Below, in pieces: positions 17,775 through 27,598 of a stretch of DNA of 64,000 bases. The position numbers were made by a program, and so were the translations under genes. The notes below the pieces were generated by a model. The model was not told the origin of the DNA. It made no database searches and saw only the letters and a program-made list of their open reading frames with translations. Origin of the DNA: an uncultured Chloroflexia bacterium (GTDB taxonomy: Bacteria > Chloroflexota > Dehalococcoidia > DSTF01 > JALHUB01). Numbering within the stretch: the stretch's first letter is position 1; every line of letters starts with the position of its first letter. The stretch is from assembly GCA_963726245.1 (NCBI GenBank), contig CAVSBT010000030.1:96001-160000 (forward strand), in the 5' to 3' direction.

Positions 17775-19221
17775 ATGAGCCTGCCCATCCGACAGGAGGG
17801 CGCACTCGGCCCAGCGATGTGCGAGGACGAGCCCCGCAAGGTGGTGAACGTTATGTCCAGCCCAGGACCGAGACTGGCACGATGGCGCCCCTCGCGAGCA
17901 ACCTTAAGCCCCGCTGTCGTCTGCCTGCTGGTCGTCATCGCACTCGCAGGCGCCCTTCGCCTGGCCTGGATCCTCTACGCCAAGACAGAGCCCGTCTGGT
18001 TCTTCGACCCTTGGCAGCTACGATCGCCTGGCCGCCGCCCTGGCCGAGGGCCGCGGCTACATCAATGAGGCAGGCCAGCCCACCGCCTACTACCCGCCCG
18101 GCTATCCGGCCGTCCTCGGCGCCGTCTACTGGCTGGCGGGCCACCACCCCCACGCCGGCGAGGCGCTGAACGTCGTACTGGGCGCCCTCACCGCCGGGCT
18201 CGTCTACTGGATAGGGTCGCGCAGCTTCGGGAGAGCGGCCGGGCTGCTGGCGGCCCTGGCCTTCGCCGTCTTCCCCAGCCACATCCTCTACGCCTCTCAA
18301 CTGCACTCGGAGGTCGTCTTCACAGCCGTCTACTTGCTGGCACTCGGCCTCCTTCTGACGGCCCCGCCTCCCGGAGACCGTCGCTGGCTACCGTCCTTGC
18401 TGGCCGCCGGACTCGCCATCGGCGCCGCAGCCCTCATACGCCCGGCCGCCCTCTCACTGCTGGCGGTCGTGCCCTTCGTCCTGGGACCCAGAAGCACACC
18501 CTGGCGGGCGCTCGCGGGCGGCACGCTGCTGGCGCTGGTGGGCGCGGCCGTGGTGGTGACGCCGTGGGTGGTGCGTAACGCGGTCAGGGTAGGGACGCCG
18601 ACCATCGCCACCAACGCCGGCCTCGACTTCTGGATAGGCAACCACGAAGGCGCAACTGGGCTGTGGGGCATGCCGCCGCCGGACGTGTTCCCCAGGGTGT
18701 CCACGGACCTCCGGGAGCAGGAGCGGCACGACTACCGCCGCGGCCTGGAGCTAGGATGGCGCTTCATCCGAGAGCATCCCCTGGGCGCCCTTCGCCTCTT
18801 GCCGGTGAAGGCCTACCATCTCTACACAGACGACGCCCAAGCTGTCACAACGACCGAAAGCTGGGGCGAGACCCCCTTCCTCTCAGACGGAGGGCGTCGG
18901 GCCCTGCGCGGCCTAACGGACGGCTTCTACTACTTCGTGGCAGCGGGGGCCGTGGCCGGCCTGGTGCTGCCGGTCGGAGGTGCGCAGCGGCGGCGGTGGC
19001 CTCTGGCCGTCGCCTTGGGGGCCTGGACGCTGGTGCACCTGGCCTTCTTCGGGGAGCCGCGCTTCCACCTGCCGGTGACCCCGATCATGGCCGTCCTTGC
19101 GGCGCCGGTCTGGCTTTGGGTAGCAGCCCCAGTCTGGCGACGGATCCTGTCAAGGTGGCGCGGCGTCCGGACGCCGGCGGGGGCCCCCGAGGGCGATCGG
19201 GCGCCGGCCGCCCAACCTTGA
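17775..19221 (+). CDS. GT-C (ArnT/PMT-like) membrane glycosyltransferase (frameshift near 18015)
   Basis: YDRLAAALAEGRGY, YYPPGYP, TPWVVRN, FWIGNH, EPRFHLP; multi-TM. Confidence 0.8.
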
Positions 19222-19245
19222 CCCCTTGAACGCCTCTGCTATACT
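19218..19245 (+). promoter_or_regulatory. tRNA promoter
   Basis: TTGACC...TGCTATACT just 5' of tRNA-Trp. Confidence 0.65.
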
Positions 19246-19256
19246 TTGAGGCCTGC

Positions 19257-19333
19257 AGGAGTGTAGCTCAGTCCGGTAGAGCAGCGGTCTCCAAAACCGC
19301 CGGTCGGGGGTTCGAATCCCTCCACTCCTGCCA
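19257..19333 (+). tRNA. tRNA-Trp(CCA)
   Basis: Cloverleaf, anticodon arm GCGGT-CTCCAAA-ACCGC, TTCGAAT, 3' CCA. Confidence 0.97.
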
Positions 19334-19389
19334 GCGAAGAGATACGAAACCCACTCGTATGAGTGGGTTCGTTGTTCGGTCTCGCTGTT

Positions 19390-19480
19390 TTGACAGCCAA
19401 GTTGACAGCCACGCGATCCAAACTAGCGGCCCAAGACGGCTTCCATAGCTTCGGCGGCCTCGCGCTGCATGGTGGGGCAG
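19390..19480 (-). pseudogene. tyrosine-integrase C-terminal relic plus arm-type direct repeats
   Basis: Minus strand PTMQREAAEAMEAVLGR*; TTGACAGCCA x2 at 19390 and 19402. Confidence 0.65.
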
Positions 19481-19492
19481 GTCATAAGGGAC

Positions 19493-19870
19493 CTAGGGAA
19501 CGCGCTTTATATCTCTAGAAGCTATAACGTCTACGCCTAGATTAAGTAGATTCGGTACAACGACGGTTCCCATCTTTATCGGAGCCCGAAGCGCGATGTG
19601 ACTGACATGCTCAACCGCGTCGAAGATCCGCTGCTTGGGTAGTTCTTTATTCGAGCGAACCGGTATTACCGCAAGCGTCCCTCCATCGACCCGCATAGTA
19701 GTAATGAGCATGCGTTTTGGTTCGCGGTATTCCTGAGCGGCATATTCCATGCCTCGCTTGCAGGTACAGCCTTTTACTTCGAGGGGGCTGCCCGGACGCT
19801 CAATAACGGTGACTTGGCATCCGCTGGGACAGATTATGCAGGTAATACGGGCGACGTTCTCTTGGATCAT
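19493..19870 (-). CDS. DUF1667 small subunit (CxxC, CxC)
   Basis: ITCIICPSGC, GCTCKRG..YA..E..PKR. Confidence 0.88.
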   Translation of the reverse strand: MIQENVARITCIICPSGCQVTVIERPGSPLEVKGCTCKRGMEYAAQEYREPKRMLITTMRVDGGTLAVIPVRSNKELPKQRIFDAVEHVSHIALRAPIKMGTVVVPNLLNLGVDVIASRDIKRVP

Positions 19871-21150
19871 TCCACTGCGCCTCCTTCCGGCTGGGGAACG
19901 ATGCGCACGATAATCTCTTTATTCTTTACGGCCGACGGGTCCGGTCTCGTAGTGACGTTGATCATTTCGCTAGGAATCACGTGCGGCCGTTTGCGTTTAG
20001 CGAGCACGCAGCCGCCTGACTCGATCTGAACTTGGACGTTCTCATCCGGCGCTTTCGGACGGAATGAGAACTGAACCCTTGTATCCGCCGTCAAATAGTC
20101 GACAAATTGCGGAACCACGTATCCCACGTTATCTCCCGGGATAACCTTGATACGTTCCCGCTCCGTGGCGCCCTTGGCCGAGTTTTTGACATATTGCGCC
20201 GCGTTGTTGCCCGCGCGTTGAGCCTCAAGCGTTACCCAATCCACCAGGTCGTGTACCTGAAGTACATTGCCGGCAGCGAAAATTCCGGGCACCGAGGTCT
20301 CGCAAAGCTCGTTGACCACAGGGCCTCCGGTAGATGACAGCGCCACTCCCGCTTTTTGAGAAAGCTCGTTTTCCGGAATCAACCCCACGGAAAACAGCAC
20401 CGTGTCGCACTCGATGTAGCGATCGGTACCCTGTAAGGGGCGCCATTTGTCATCCACTTGCGAAATGGTGACCCCTTGTACGCGGTCCTTGCCGTGAATA
20501 TGGGTGACGGTATGGCACAAGTGCAAGGGGATATTGTAGTCTTCGAGACATTGAACGCGATTTCGGATCAGACCCGCGGCATAGGGAAGCGCTTCTACTA
20601 CGGCGTTTACTTTTGCTCCCTCTAGCGTTAAACGGCGGGCCATGATCATGCCGATGTCCCCGGAGCCGACGATCACCACGGACTTTGCGGGCATGTAGCC
20701 TTCCATGTTTACGAAGCGTTGGGCAAGACCAGCGGGGAAGATCCCAGCGCAACGATCGCCCGGGATGTTGATGGCACCTCGGGCACGCTCGCGGCACCCC
20801 ATCGCCAACACGACAGCCTGGCTCTTTATCATTACCACGCCGTCGCTCTTGTTGACCGCGGTAATACTTTTGTCCGGTTTAAGGTCAATAACCATCGTCC
20901 CGCACAGCACTTCTATGTTGGTATCCGCGAGTTGGTTGATAAAGCGCTGCGCGTACTCGGGTCCGGTCAGTTCCTCTTTGAAATACCGGAGTCCAAACCC
21001 GTTGTGAATACATTGCTGTAAAATGCCGCCGAGCTCGAAATCCCGCTCTAGAATCAGAACTCGCACGCCGTTCTTGGCAACTTCGAGAGCCGCCGCGAGG
21101 CCGCTCGGCCCGCCGCCGATTACCGCGACATCCGTAGTAACTTCCTTCAT
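19867..21150 (-). CDS. NAD(P)/FAD-dependent oxidoreductase
   Basis: GGGPSG, LGGILQQCIHNGFG, GSGDIG, GNVLQVHDLVD. Confidence 0.92.
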   Translation of the reverse strand: MKEVTTDVAVIGGGPSGLAAALEVAKNGVRVLILERDFELGGILQQCIHNGFGLRYFKEELTGPEYAQRFINQLADTNIEVLCGTMVIDLKPDKSITAVNKSDGVVMIKSQAVVLAMGCRERARGAINIPGDRCAGIFPAGLAQRFVNMEGYMPAKSVVIVGSGDIGMIMARRLTLEGAKVNAVVEALPYAAGLIRNRVQCLEDYNIPLHLCHTVTHIHGKDRVQGVTISQVDDKWRPLQGTDRYIECDTVLFSVGLIPENELSQKAGVALSSTGGPVVNELCETSVPGIFAAGNVLQVHDLVDWVTLEAQRAGNNAAQYVKNSAKGATERERIKVIPGDNVGYVVPQFVDYLTADTRVQFSFRPKAPDENVQVQIESGGCVLAKRKRPHVIPSEMINVTTRPDPSAVKNKEIIVRIVPQPEGGAVE

Positions 21151-21152
21151 TC

Positions 21153-22613
21153 CTACAAAGCCTCCGACGGAAGGTCCTTGGTCCGTCCGAACAACAAACG
21201 AGAGTCTTTACCCTTGAGCGTAACTTGCTCAACGGGTATTTTCAGCTCGCGCGCGAGGATCTTCATCAGCTTGGGAGTGCAAAACCCCCCTTGGCACCGT
21301 CCCATCTGGGCCCGAACGCGCATTTTTATGCCGTCGAGGGTGCGCGCGCCCACCGGGCGCTCGATCGCCTCCACGATTTCCTTTTCCGACACCATTTCGC
21401 ACCGACACACCACCTGGCCTGCGCGCGGATCCTGTTTGATAATCTCATCTACTTTATCCAGCGCGGTCTCGCGCAGGCGAAACGTTTCGGCAATTTCGCC
21501 CCGGTATTCTTGCCTGGGTTTGAGCGGCAAACCCGCCTCGCCGAGCATACGCGCGATATCGACACCCATAGCTAGGCACGAGCTTAGACCGGGAGATTGA
21601 ATACCTGCCGCATTAAAAAAACCCCGGACTTTGCTAGGACCGACGATAAAGTCATCGCAATCGGCCTTGGCGCGTAGCCCCGCGAAGTTCCGGATTACTT
21701 TGCGCAGCGGCAGGTTCGGCACCAACTTGTCGCCGCCTTCGATGATTTCCCAAATGCCGCTGGTCGTAGTGGCGACATCCTCGCGGTCTTCACAAAAGAT
21801 ATTGTTCGGACCCACGATGATGTTGCCGTGGGTGGTAGGGGCAACGAGAATGCCTTTACTTTGTTTGGTTGGAATAGGGAACAAGACATGATTGAGGCTA
21901 ATCGCGCCCTTATCTAGCAGAATGTATTCGCCTTTCCATGCCGAAATGGTGAAGGTATTTAACCCGACCATCTGCTCTACTTTGTCGGAGTATAGTCCCG
22001 CGGCGTTGACCAGATAGCGAGCCTCGAGCTGTTCGCGCGCTGTTTTGATAGTAAAGCGATCGGCGTGCGTGTCGATGCGCTCTACCGGCGATTCCAATAA
22101 GAACGTTGTGCCGTTCATCGCGGCGCACTCGCACAAACGAATATTCAATTCATAAGGGCTGACAATACCCCCGGTAGGAGCATACATGACGGCCTTGACG
22201 TTCTTAGTCAACTCCGGCTCCATCTCGTGTATGCGCTTAGAATCGGTGATGAGTTCCACCGGCACCTTGTTTCGCGCCGCTTGCGCTACCAAGTTGTAGA
22301 GGTAGTCCATTTCGTCGTCTCGCACCGCGACGACAAATGTGCCGCACCGATGGAAGGGGACCTTTAAGTCCGCGCACACCTTGTCGAACATCGGATTGGC
22401 CATGACGTTATACTTAGTTTTTAGAGTATCGGTGGGCGCCCCGTATCCCGCGTGTAATATACCCGAGTTGGCTTTACTCGTACCCATCGCCACGTCGGCT
22501 TCTTTTTCGATTACCGCGACGCGTAGGTCGTACTTAGCAAGCGCCCACGCCACGGACGCTCCCGTGACTCCCGCGCCAATAATGGCCACGTCAAACATTT
22601 GCTGATCTTTCAT
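21153..22613 (-). CDS. FAD-dependent glycerol-3-phosphate dehydrogenase-like subunit with BFD [2Fe-2S] domain
   Basis: GAGVTG, SKANSGILHAG, VCRCE..., GRCQGGFC. Confidence 0.88.
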   Translation of the reverse strand: MKDQQMFDVAIIGAGVTGASVAWALAKYDLRVAVIEKEADVAMGTSKANSGILHAGYGAPTDTLKTKYNVMANPMFDKVCADLKVPFHRCGTFVVAVRDDEMDYLYNLVAQAARNKVPVELITDSKRIHEMEPELTKNVKAVMYAPTGGIVSPYELNIRLCECAAMNGTTFLLESPVERIDTHADRFTIKTAREQLEARYLVNAAGLYSDKVEQMVGLNTFTISAWKGEYILLDKGAISLNHVLFPIPTKQSKGILVAPTTHGNIIVGPNNIFCEDREDVATTTSGIWEIIEGGDKLVPNLPLRKVIRNFAGLRAKADCDDFIVGPSKVRGFFNAAGIQSPGLSSCLAMGVDIARMLGEAGLPLKPRQEYRGEIAETFRLRETALDKVDEIIKQDPRAGQVVCRCEMVSEKEIVEAIERPVGARTLDGIKMRVRAQMGRCQGGFCTPKLMKILARELKIPVEQVTLKGKDSRLLFGRTKDLPSEAL

Positions 22614-22619
22614 GATTCC

Positions 22620-23264
22620 CTATTTAGATATACGAGTCCTAATGTGACACGTATCGTTCAGAGCGGCAAGCGTGGCCCGCGGCCGCGGGTCGCGCCCATC
22701 GGGCGGGGCGTCGCGCACCTCCACCACGGTTATCGAGCCGTTGTAGACCCGCAACGGCAGCGGACGACGGTAGGGCAGCCCCAGGACCTCCAGGCAGAAC
22801 ACGCCGATCGGCCCGGCGTGGGTGACAACGGCGGCCGAGGCGCCGGGGTGGCGCTCGGCCACGCCCCAAAGGGCGTCGCAGACGCGCCGCCGGAAGTCTT
22901 CGCGGTCCTCAGCGCCCGGAAAGGAGGGGTAGTCAGGCCCGCGGCGATACTGCTCGACGATCTCCGGGTGCTTCTCCACCAGCTCGCGATAGGTGATGCC
23001 CGAGAGCTCGCCGAAGTCGTACTCCTTGACGCCGGAGAGCTTGGTCACTTTCAGACCCGTGGCCTCGGCGATGACGCTCGCCGTCAGATGAGCGCGCTTG
23101 ATCGGGCTGCTGTAGAGGGCGGCCAGCGACAGGCGCCGCAGACGCTCGGCCACGAGAAGGCTCTGCTCAAGGCCACGCTCGGTGAGGGGATACGCGCCCT
23201 GACCCTGGATACGGAGCTCGCTGTTGCCCTGGGACTCGCCGTGCCGGATGAGCAGGAGGCGCAT
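22620..23264 (-). CDS. histidine phosphatase family protein
   Basis: RHGES, YSSP, VTHAG, NDTCH. Confidence 0.92.
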   Translation of the reverse strand: MRLLLIRHGESQGNSELRIQGQGAYPLTERGLEQSLLVAERLRRLSLAALYSSPIKRAHLTASVIAEATGLKVTKLSGVKEYDFGELSGITYRELVEKHPEIVEQYRRGPDYPSFPGAEDREDFRRRVCDALWGVAERHPGASAAVVTHAGPIGVFCLEVLGLPYRRPLPLRVYNGSITVVEVRDAPPDGRDPRPRATLAALNDTCHIRTRISK

Positions 23265-23268
23265 GGGC

Positions 23269-23877
23269 CTAGCGCGGAGGCTCCACTAGGGCGGGCGCCA
23301 GCAGGTCAAGAAACTGCCTGAGGATGCGCGCCGTTAGCCCCCAGATGACATGCCCTCTGTAGACATACGAGTACGTCGGCACGTCGCGGCCGTCAATCCG
23401 GCGCACGCCCTCCGTCACGTTGGCCCTGTCCATCAGGTGAGAGAGGGGCACCTCGATCAGCTCCGCCACCTCGTGATGGTTGGGCCGGAAGGGATAGGGC
23501 ACCGGCCCGCGGATGAAACCCACGTAGGGCGTCACCATGAACCCGCTGATCGACGGCGAGTCGTCCAACTGCCCGACCACCTCCACGTCCTCGGGCCGCA
23601 CGCCAATCTCCTCGAACGTCTCGCGGAGGGCGGTAAGTCGCAGGTCCTCGTCTTCGGGGTCGGCAGCGCCGCCGGGAAAGGAGATCTGGCCCTTGTGCGT
23701 CTCGACCAGGTCTGTGCGGAGGGTGAAGATGATGTGCGGCTCGCCACGCAGCCTGTAGAGGAGCAGGAGAACCGCCGCCTCGGGCCGACCCTCCGGCTGG
23801 ATGCGCCGCGGCTGGTATGACGCCATCGCCCGGCGAATCGCGTCGAGCAGGGCTTCTCCCGGTTGCTCTTCGGGCAT
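23269..23877 (-). CDS. Nudix CoA pyrophosphatase
   Basis: HKGQISFPGG, TALRETFEEIG, IWGLTA. Confidence 0.92.
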   Translation of the reverse strand: MPEEQPGEALLDAIRRAMASYQPRRIQPEGRPEAAVLLLLYRLRGEPHIIFTLRTDLVETHKGQISFPGGAADPEDEDLRLTALRETFEEIGVRPEDVEVVGQLDDSPSISGFMVTPYVGFIRGPVPYPFRPNHHEVAELIEVPLSHLMDRANVTEGVRRIDGRDVPTYSYVYRGHVIWGLTARILRQFLDLLAPALVEPPR

Positions 23878-23938
23878 GGCGACCTCGTCGCGGTACGCCC
23901 CCGCCTGGTCGAACCCGCGTCTCATTGGATCGAGCCGG

Positions 23939-24013
23939 TGGTGGGCCCGGGAGGATTCGAACCTCCGACCAATCGGTTATGAGCCGAGTGCTCTGCCGCT
24001 GAGCTACGGGCCC
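23939..24013 (-). tRNA. tRNA with CAT anticodon (probably Ile2)
   Basis: GGGCCCGTAGCTCAG...CTCATAA...TTCGAAT...ACCA. Confidence 0.92.
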
Positions 24014-24121
24014 TGGTTCGCCGGCCTGGCGACCGGCAGCAGGCAAATTCTAGCGCCCCCAACCGGCGCCTGTAAAGGAAAGCCGACAGGACCGGGCTCC
24101 GGTCCTGTCGTCGCTTGCGTT

Positions 24122-24198
24122 TGGTAGCGCATGGGGGATTCGAACCCCCGATCTCCGCCTTGAGAGGGCGGTGTCCTGGGCCGCTAGACGAATGCGCC
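24122..24198 (-). tRNA. tRNA-Glu(CTC)
   Basis: CCGCC-CTCTCAA-GGCGG anticodon arm, CCA end. Confidence 0.95.
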
Positions 24199-24229
24199 GC
24201 GTGCGCCCGCCCGATGGCAGGCACGTTCC

Positions 24230-24303
24230 TGGCTGGGGAGGGAGGATTCGAACCCCCGCATACGGATCCAGAGTCCGCTGTCCTACCGCTAGACGACTCC
24301 CCA
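24230..24303 (-). tRNA. tRNA-Gln(CTG)
   Basis: GCGGA-CTCTGGA-TCCGT anticodon arm, CCA end. Confidence 0.95.
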
Positions 24304-24324
24304 ACCTGCCTGATGGCGGTCAGG

Positions 24325-24344
24325 CCTGCCTGCCGGCAGGCAGG
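24325..24344. repeat. palindromic repeat CCTGCCTGCCGGCAGGCAGG
   Basis: Perfect palindrome; variants at 26539, 39073, 43325. Confidence 0.75.
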
Positions 24345-24389
24345 TCAGGAGGGATTCTAGCACAGAGATTCGCCCTGGCACAACGCCTA

Positions 24390-25865
24390 TCACATTGAGG
24401 CGCTCAGCCTCTCCGAGGCGCGCAGCAGCCGCGCCACGCAGCGCTCCCGGCCGAGGATGGCCATGCTCTGGAAGAGCGGCGGCGCCACTGAGCTGCCGGT
24501 GACGGCCACCCGCATCAGCATGAAGAGGTCGCCCGCCTTGAGCGATAGCTCCTCCGCCAGCGGACGCATCGCTTCCTCCAGAGACTGCGCATCCCAGGAA
24601 GACAGCGGCGCCAGCCGCTCGCAGGCGGCGCCGAGGGCAAGCGCCGCGTCCCGAGGCCGGCCGGCGAAGGCCTTCCCCAGCAGCTCGCTCAGCGTGTAGT
24701 CCAGGTCGTCGCCCAGGAAGAAGAACTCGGCGAAGCGCTTGAGGTCGTCGAGGCGCTTCACGCGCTCCCGGATGAGCGGCACCATGCGCAGGATGTACTC
24801 CTCGTCGAGGGGACGCGGCACGTCGGGCGGCAGGTCCCGCTCCAGCCGCTCGCGCACGAGGGCGGCCAGGCTCTCGGGGGGCAGGTCGCGCATGTAGACC
24901 CCGTTCATCCAGGTCAGCTTGTCCAGGTCGAAGATGGCCGCGCTCTTGACGATGCGCTCCAGGCTGAAGTGCGAGATGAACTGCTCCCGCGAGATGATCT
25001 CCGTGTGGTCATCGAGGGACCAACCCAGCAGACCGAGGAAGTTGAACATCGCCTCGGGCAGGTAGCCCTGCTCCGCGTAGTCGAGGACCGACGTGGCGCC
25101 GTGCCGCTTCGAGAGCTTCGAGCGGTCCTTGCCCAGAAGCATGGGCAGGTGGGCGAAGTGCGGCGGCTGCCAGCCCAACGCCTGGTAGAGGAGGAGGTGC
25201 CGCGGCGTGCTGGGCAGCCACTCCTCGGCCCGCAGCACGTGCGAGATCTCCATCAGGTGGTCGTCCACGACGCTGGCCAGGTGATAGGTGGGGTAGCGGT
25301 CCGACTTGACGATGATGAAATCGTCCAGGGTGGCGTTCTCGAAGGTGACGTCCCCGCGCACGACGTCGGCAAAGGACGTCCTGCCGTCCAGTGGCGTCTT
25401 GAAGCGCACGACGGCCTTCAGCCCCCGCTCTGCCCGCTCCTGCCGCTCCGCCTCCGACAGGTCGCGGCAATGGCGGTCGTAGCGCGGCGGCTGCTTCAGG
25501 CGCGCCTGCTCCGTGCGCAACGCATCGAGACGCTCCGGCGTGCAGTAGCACAGGTAGGCCCAGCCGCTCTCGATGAGCTGGTCGGAGTACCGGTGGTAGA
25601 TATCCAGCCGCTCCGACTGGAAGTACGGCCCGTGGGGCCCGCCGACCTCCGGACCCTCGTCCCAGTCCAGGCCCAGCCAGCGCAGGGACTCCAGCACCTT
25701 ATCCAGCGCCCCCGGCACCAGCCGCGTCTGGTCGGTGTCCTCGATGCGCAGCAGGAAGCTGCCTCCCTCGTGGCGGGCGAAGAGCCAGTTGAAGAGGGCG
25801 GTGCGGATGTTGCCGACGTGGGGCTCGCCGGTGGGACTCGGTGCGTAACGGACGCGGACGGTCAT
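24390..25865 (-). CDS. gltX: glutamate--tRNA ligase
   Basis: RYAPSPTG..HVGN, KLSKR. Confidence 0.97.
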   Translation of the reverse strand: MTVRVRYAPSPTGEPHVGNIRTALFNWLFARHEGGSFLLRIEDTDQTRLVPGALDKVLESLRWLGLDWDEGPEVGGPHGPYFQSERLDIYHRYSDQLIESGWAYLCYCTPERLDALRTEQARLKQPPRYDRHCRDLSEAERQERAERGLKAVVRFKTPLDGRTSFADVVRGDVTFENATLDDFIIVKSDRYPTYHLASVVDDHLMEISHVLRAEEWLPSTPRHLLLYQALGWQPPHFAHLPMLLGKDRSKLSKRHGATSVLDYAEQGYLPEAMFNFLGLLGWSLDDHTEIISREQFISHFSLERIVKSAAIFDLDKLTWMNGVYMRDLPPESLAALVRERLERDLPPDVPRPLDEEYILRMVPLIRERVKRLDDLKRFAEFFFLGDDLDYTLSELLGKAFAGRPRDAALALGAACERLAPLSSWDAQSLEEAMRPLAEELSLKAGDLFMLMRVAVTGSSVAPPLFQSMAILGRERCVARLLRASERLSASM

Positions 25866-25923
25866 GGGGTTAGAGCCTCCTCATTGACCTTCAAGCTATT
25901 GTAGCCGCCGCCGAGCGACCCGC

Positions 25924-26868
25924 TCAACGCGCCTCGAGCTGCTCCAGCGCCTGTCGCAGGTCGTCCGGGAGCGGCGACTCGAACTCCAGGGGCCGGCCGT
26001 CGACCGGGTGACGAAAGGCCAGCCGGTGGGCGTGCAGGAACTGGCGGCTCGCGACGGCCGAACGGCGGCCGTACACCCGGTCGCCGATCAGCGGGTGCCC
26101 GAGCGCGGCGAAGTGCACGCGGATCTGGTGCGTCCGGCCCGTGGACGGCGTCACCTCCACCAGCGAGTAGACGTCCGGGCCACCCGCTCTCACCCCCAGA
26201 TAGCGCTGCACCCGATAGGCTGTGCGGGACGCCCGCCCGCCCTCGACCACGGCCATCCGCTGCCGGTGGCGCAAGTCCCGCCCGATGGGGGCGTCGATGA
26301 CGCCTTGCGGGGGCTCCAGGCGGCCGTCGACCAGGGCCAGGTAGCCCTTCTCCACCTGCCGCTCCTTCCACTGTCGGGCCAGGGCAGCTAGAGCAGCCTC
26401 GTTCTTGGCCACGACCAGCAGCCCTGAGGTGTCGCGGTCCAGCCGGTGCACGATGCCCGGTCGCTCCGCTCCGCCGACGCCGGCAAGCTCCGGTCGATAG
26501 GCCAGCAGGGCGGCGGACAGCGTTCCCTGCCGCACTCTCGCCTGTCCGGCAGGCAGGCCGGCGGCGGGATGCACCGTCAGGCCGGCGGGCTTGTCGATCA
26601 CCAGCAGGTCGTCGTCCTCGTAAACGATGGCGAGCGGCAGCGGCTCCGGCCGGAGCGTCTCGGGCTGCTCCGCGGGCATCCGCACCACGACGCGCTCGCC
26701 CCGCTCCAGGCGTTGCCCCGCCCGACCGGGCCGGTCGCCGACGGTCACGCGGCCCTCGCGGATGAGCCGCTGGACGGAGCTGCGGGAGAGGCCAGGACAG
26801 CGCCGGACCACGAAGACGTCCAGCCGCTCTCCCGCGCCCTCGGCCTCCAGTGTGAGGGTCTCCTCCAT
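25924..26868 (-). CDS. rluD: RluA-family pseudouridine synthase
   Basis: S4 domain, HRLDRDTSG, GRTHQIRVH. Confidence 0.92.
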   Translation of the reverse strand: MEETLTLEAEGAGERLDVFVVRRCPGLSRSSVQRLIREGRVTVGDRPGRAGQRLERGERVVVRMPAEQPETLRPEPLPLAIVYEDDDLLVIDKPAGLTVHPAAGLPAGQARVRQGTLSAALLAYRPELAGVGGAERPGIVHRLDRDTSGLLVVAKNEAALAALARQWKERQVEKGYLALVDGRLEPPQGVIDAPIGRDLRHRQRMAVVEGGRASRTAYRVQRYLGVRAGGPDVYSLVEVTPSTGRTHQIRVHFAALGHPLIGDRVYGRRSAVASRQFLHAHRLAFRHPVDGRPLEFESPLPDDLRQALEQLEAR

Positions 26869-27449
26869 CAGGGGCCTTGGGCACGCTGGCGCCAGCTCTC
26901 GGCCAGGAGGAAGAAGCCGACGATAATCACCACCCCTACCACAATCGAGGAGTCGGCGACGTTGAAATTGGGCCACGGCCCCACGTCGATGAAGTCGGTC
27001 ACCTTGCCCAGCCGCACGCGGTCGGCGAGGTTGCCCATGGCGCCGCCCAACTGAAGTCCCAGCGCCAGGCGCAGGAAGCCGTGCTCCATGGGCGGATAGA
27101 GGTAGTAGAGGAGGATGGCCGTCAGCCCGAAGAATGTGGTCACTATAAGGAATAGCGTCTGTCCCTGGAGAATGCCGAACGCGGCCCCGGTGTTGGTCAC
27201 GTAGGTGATGCGCAGCGGCCCCTCCTCAGGGACGGACTCGCCGAGGGACAGGTTGGCCCGCACCAGATACTTGGTCACCTGGTCGAGGGCCACCACCAGG
27301 ACGGCGATGAGGAAGAAGACGAGGTCGTTGCGTAGACGCGGCCAGAGCCGGCCGGACGGGCTGCGATCCGGCCAGCTTTGGGGAGACGTCCGTGTTGCTT
27401 CCGCCAGCGGCTCCTGCGAGGTCGTGCCGCCGGAACCTGCGTCACTCAT
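26868..27449 (-). CDS. lspA: signal peptidase II
   Basis: DQVTK, NTGAAFG, GNLADR, VTDFI, FNVADS. Confidence 0.93.
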   Translation of the reverse strand: MSDAGSGGTTSQEPLAEATRTSPQSWPDRSPSGRLWPRLRNDLVFFLIAVLVVALDQVTKYLVRANLSLGESVPEEGPLRITYVTNTGAAFGILQGQTLFLIVTTFFGLTAILLYYLYPPMEHGFLRLALGLQLGGAMGNLADRVRLGKVTDFIDVGPWPNFNVADSSIVVGVVIIVGFFLLAESWRQRAQGP

Positions 27450-27598
27450 GCGAATCCTGCCGATCATAGCACCGCCTGCGCAGGGGCGGCAAACGAGAGG
27501 GTTGCCGATCCTTGCCTGCCACAGGTTGGCACCCGCCTGTGGTTGACCCGCAAAAGGCGCCATAAGTACCATTGAGGTAAGGACACTCGAACGGGAGG

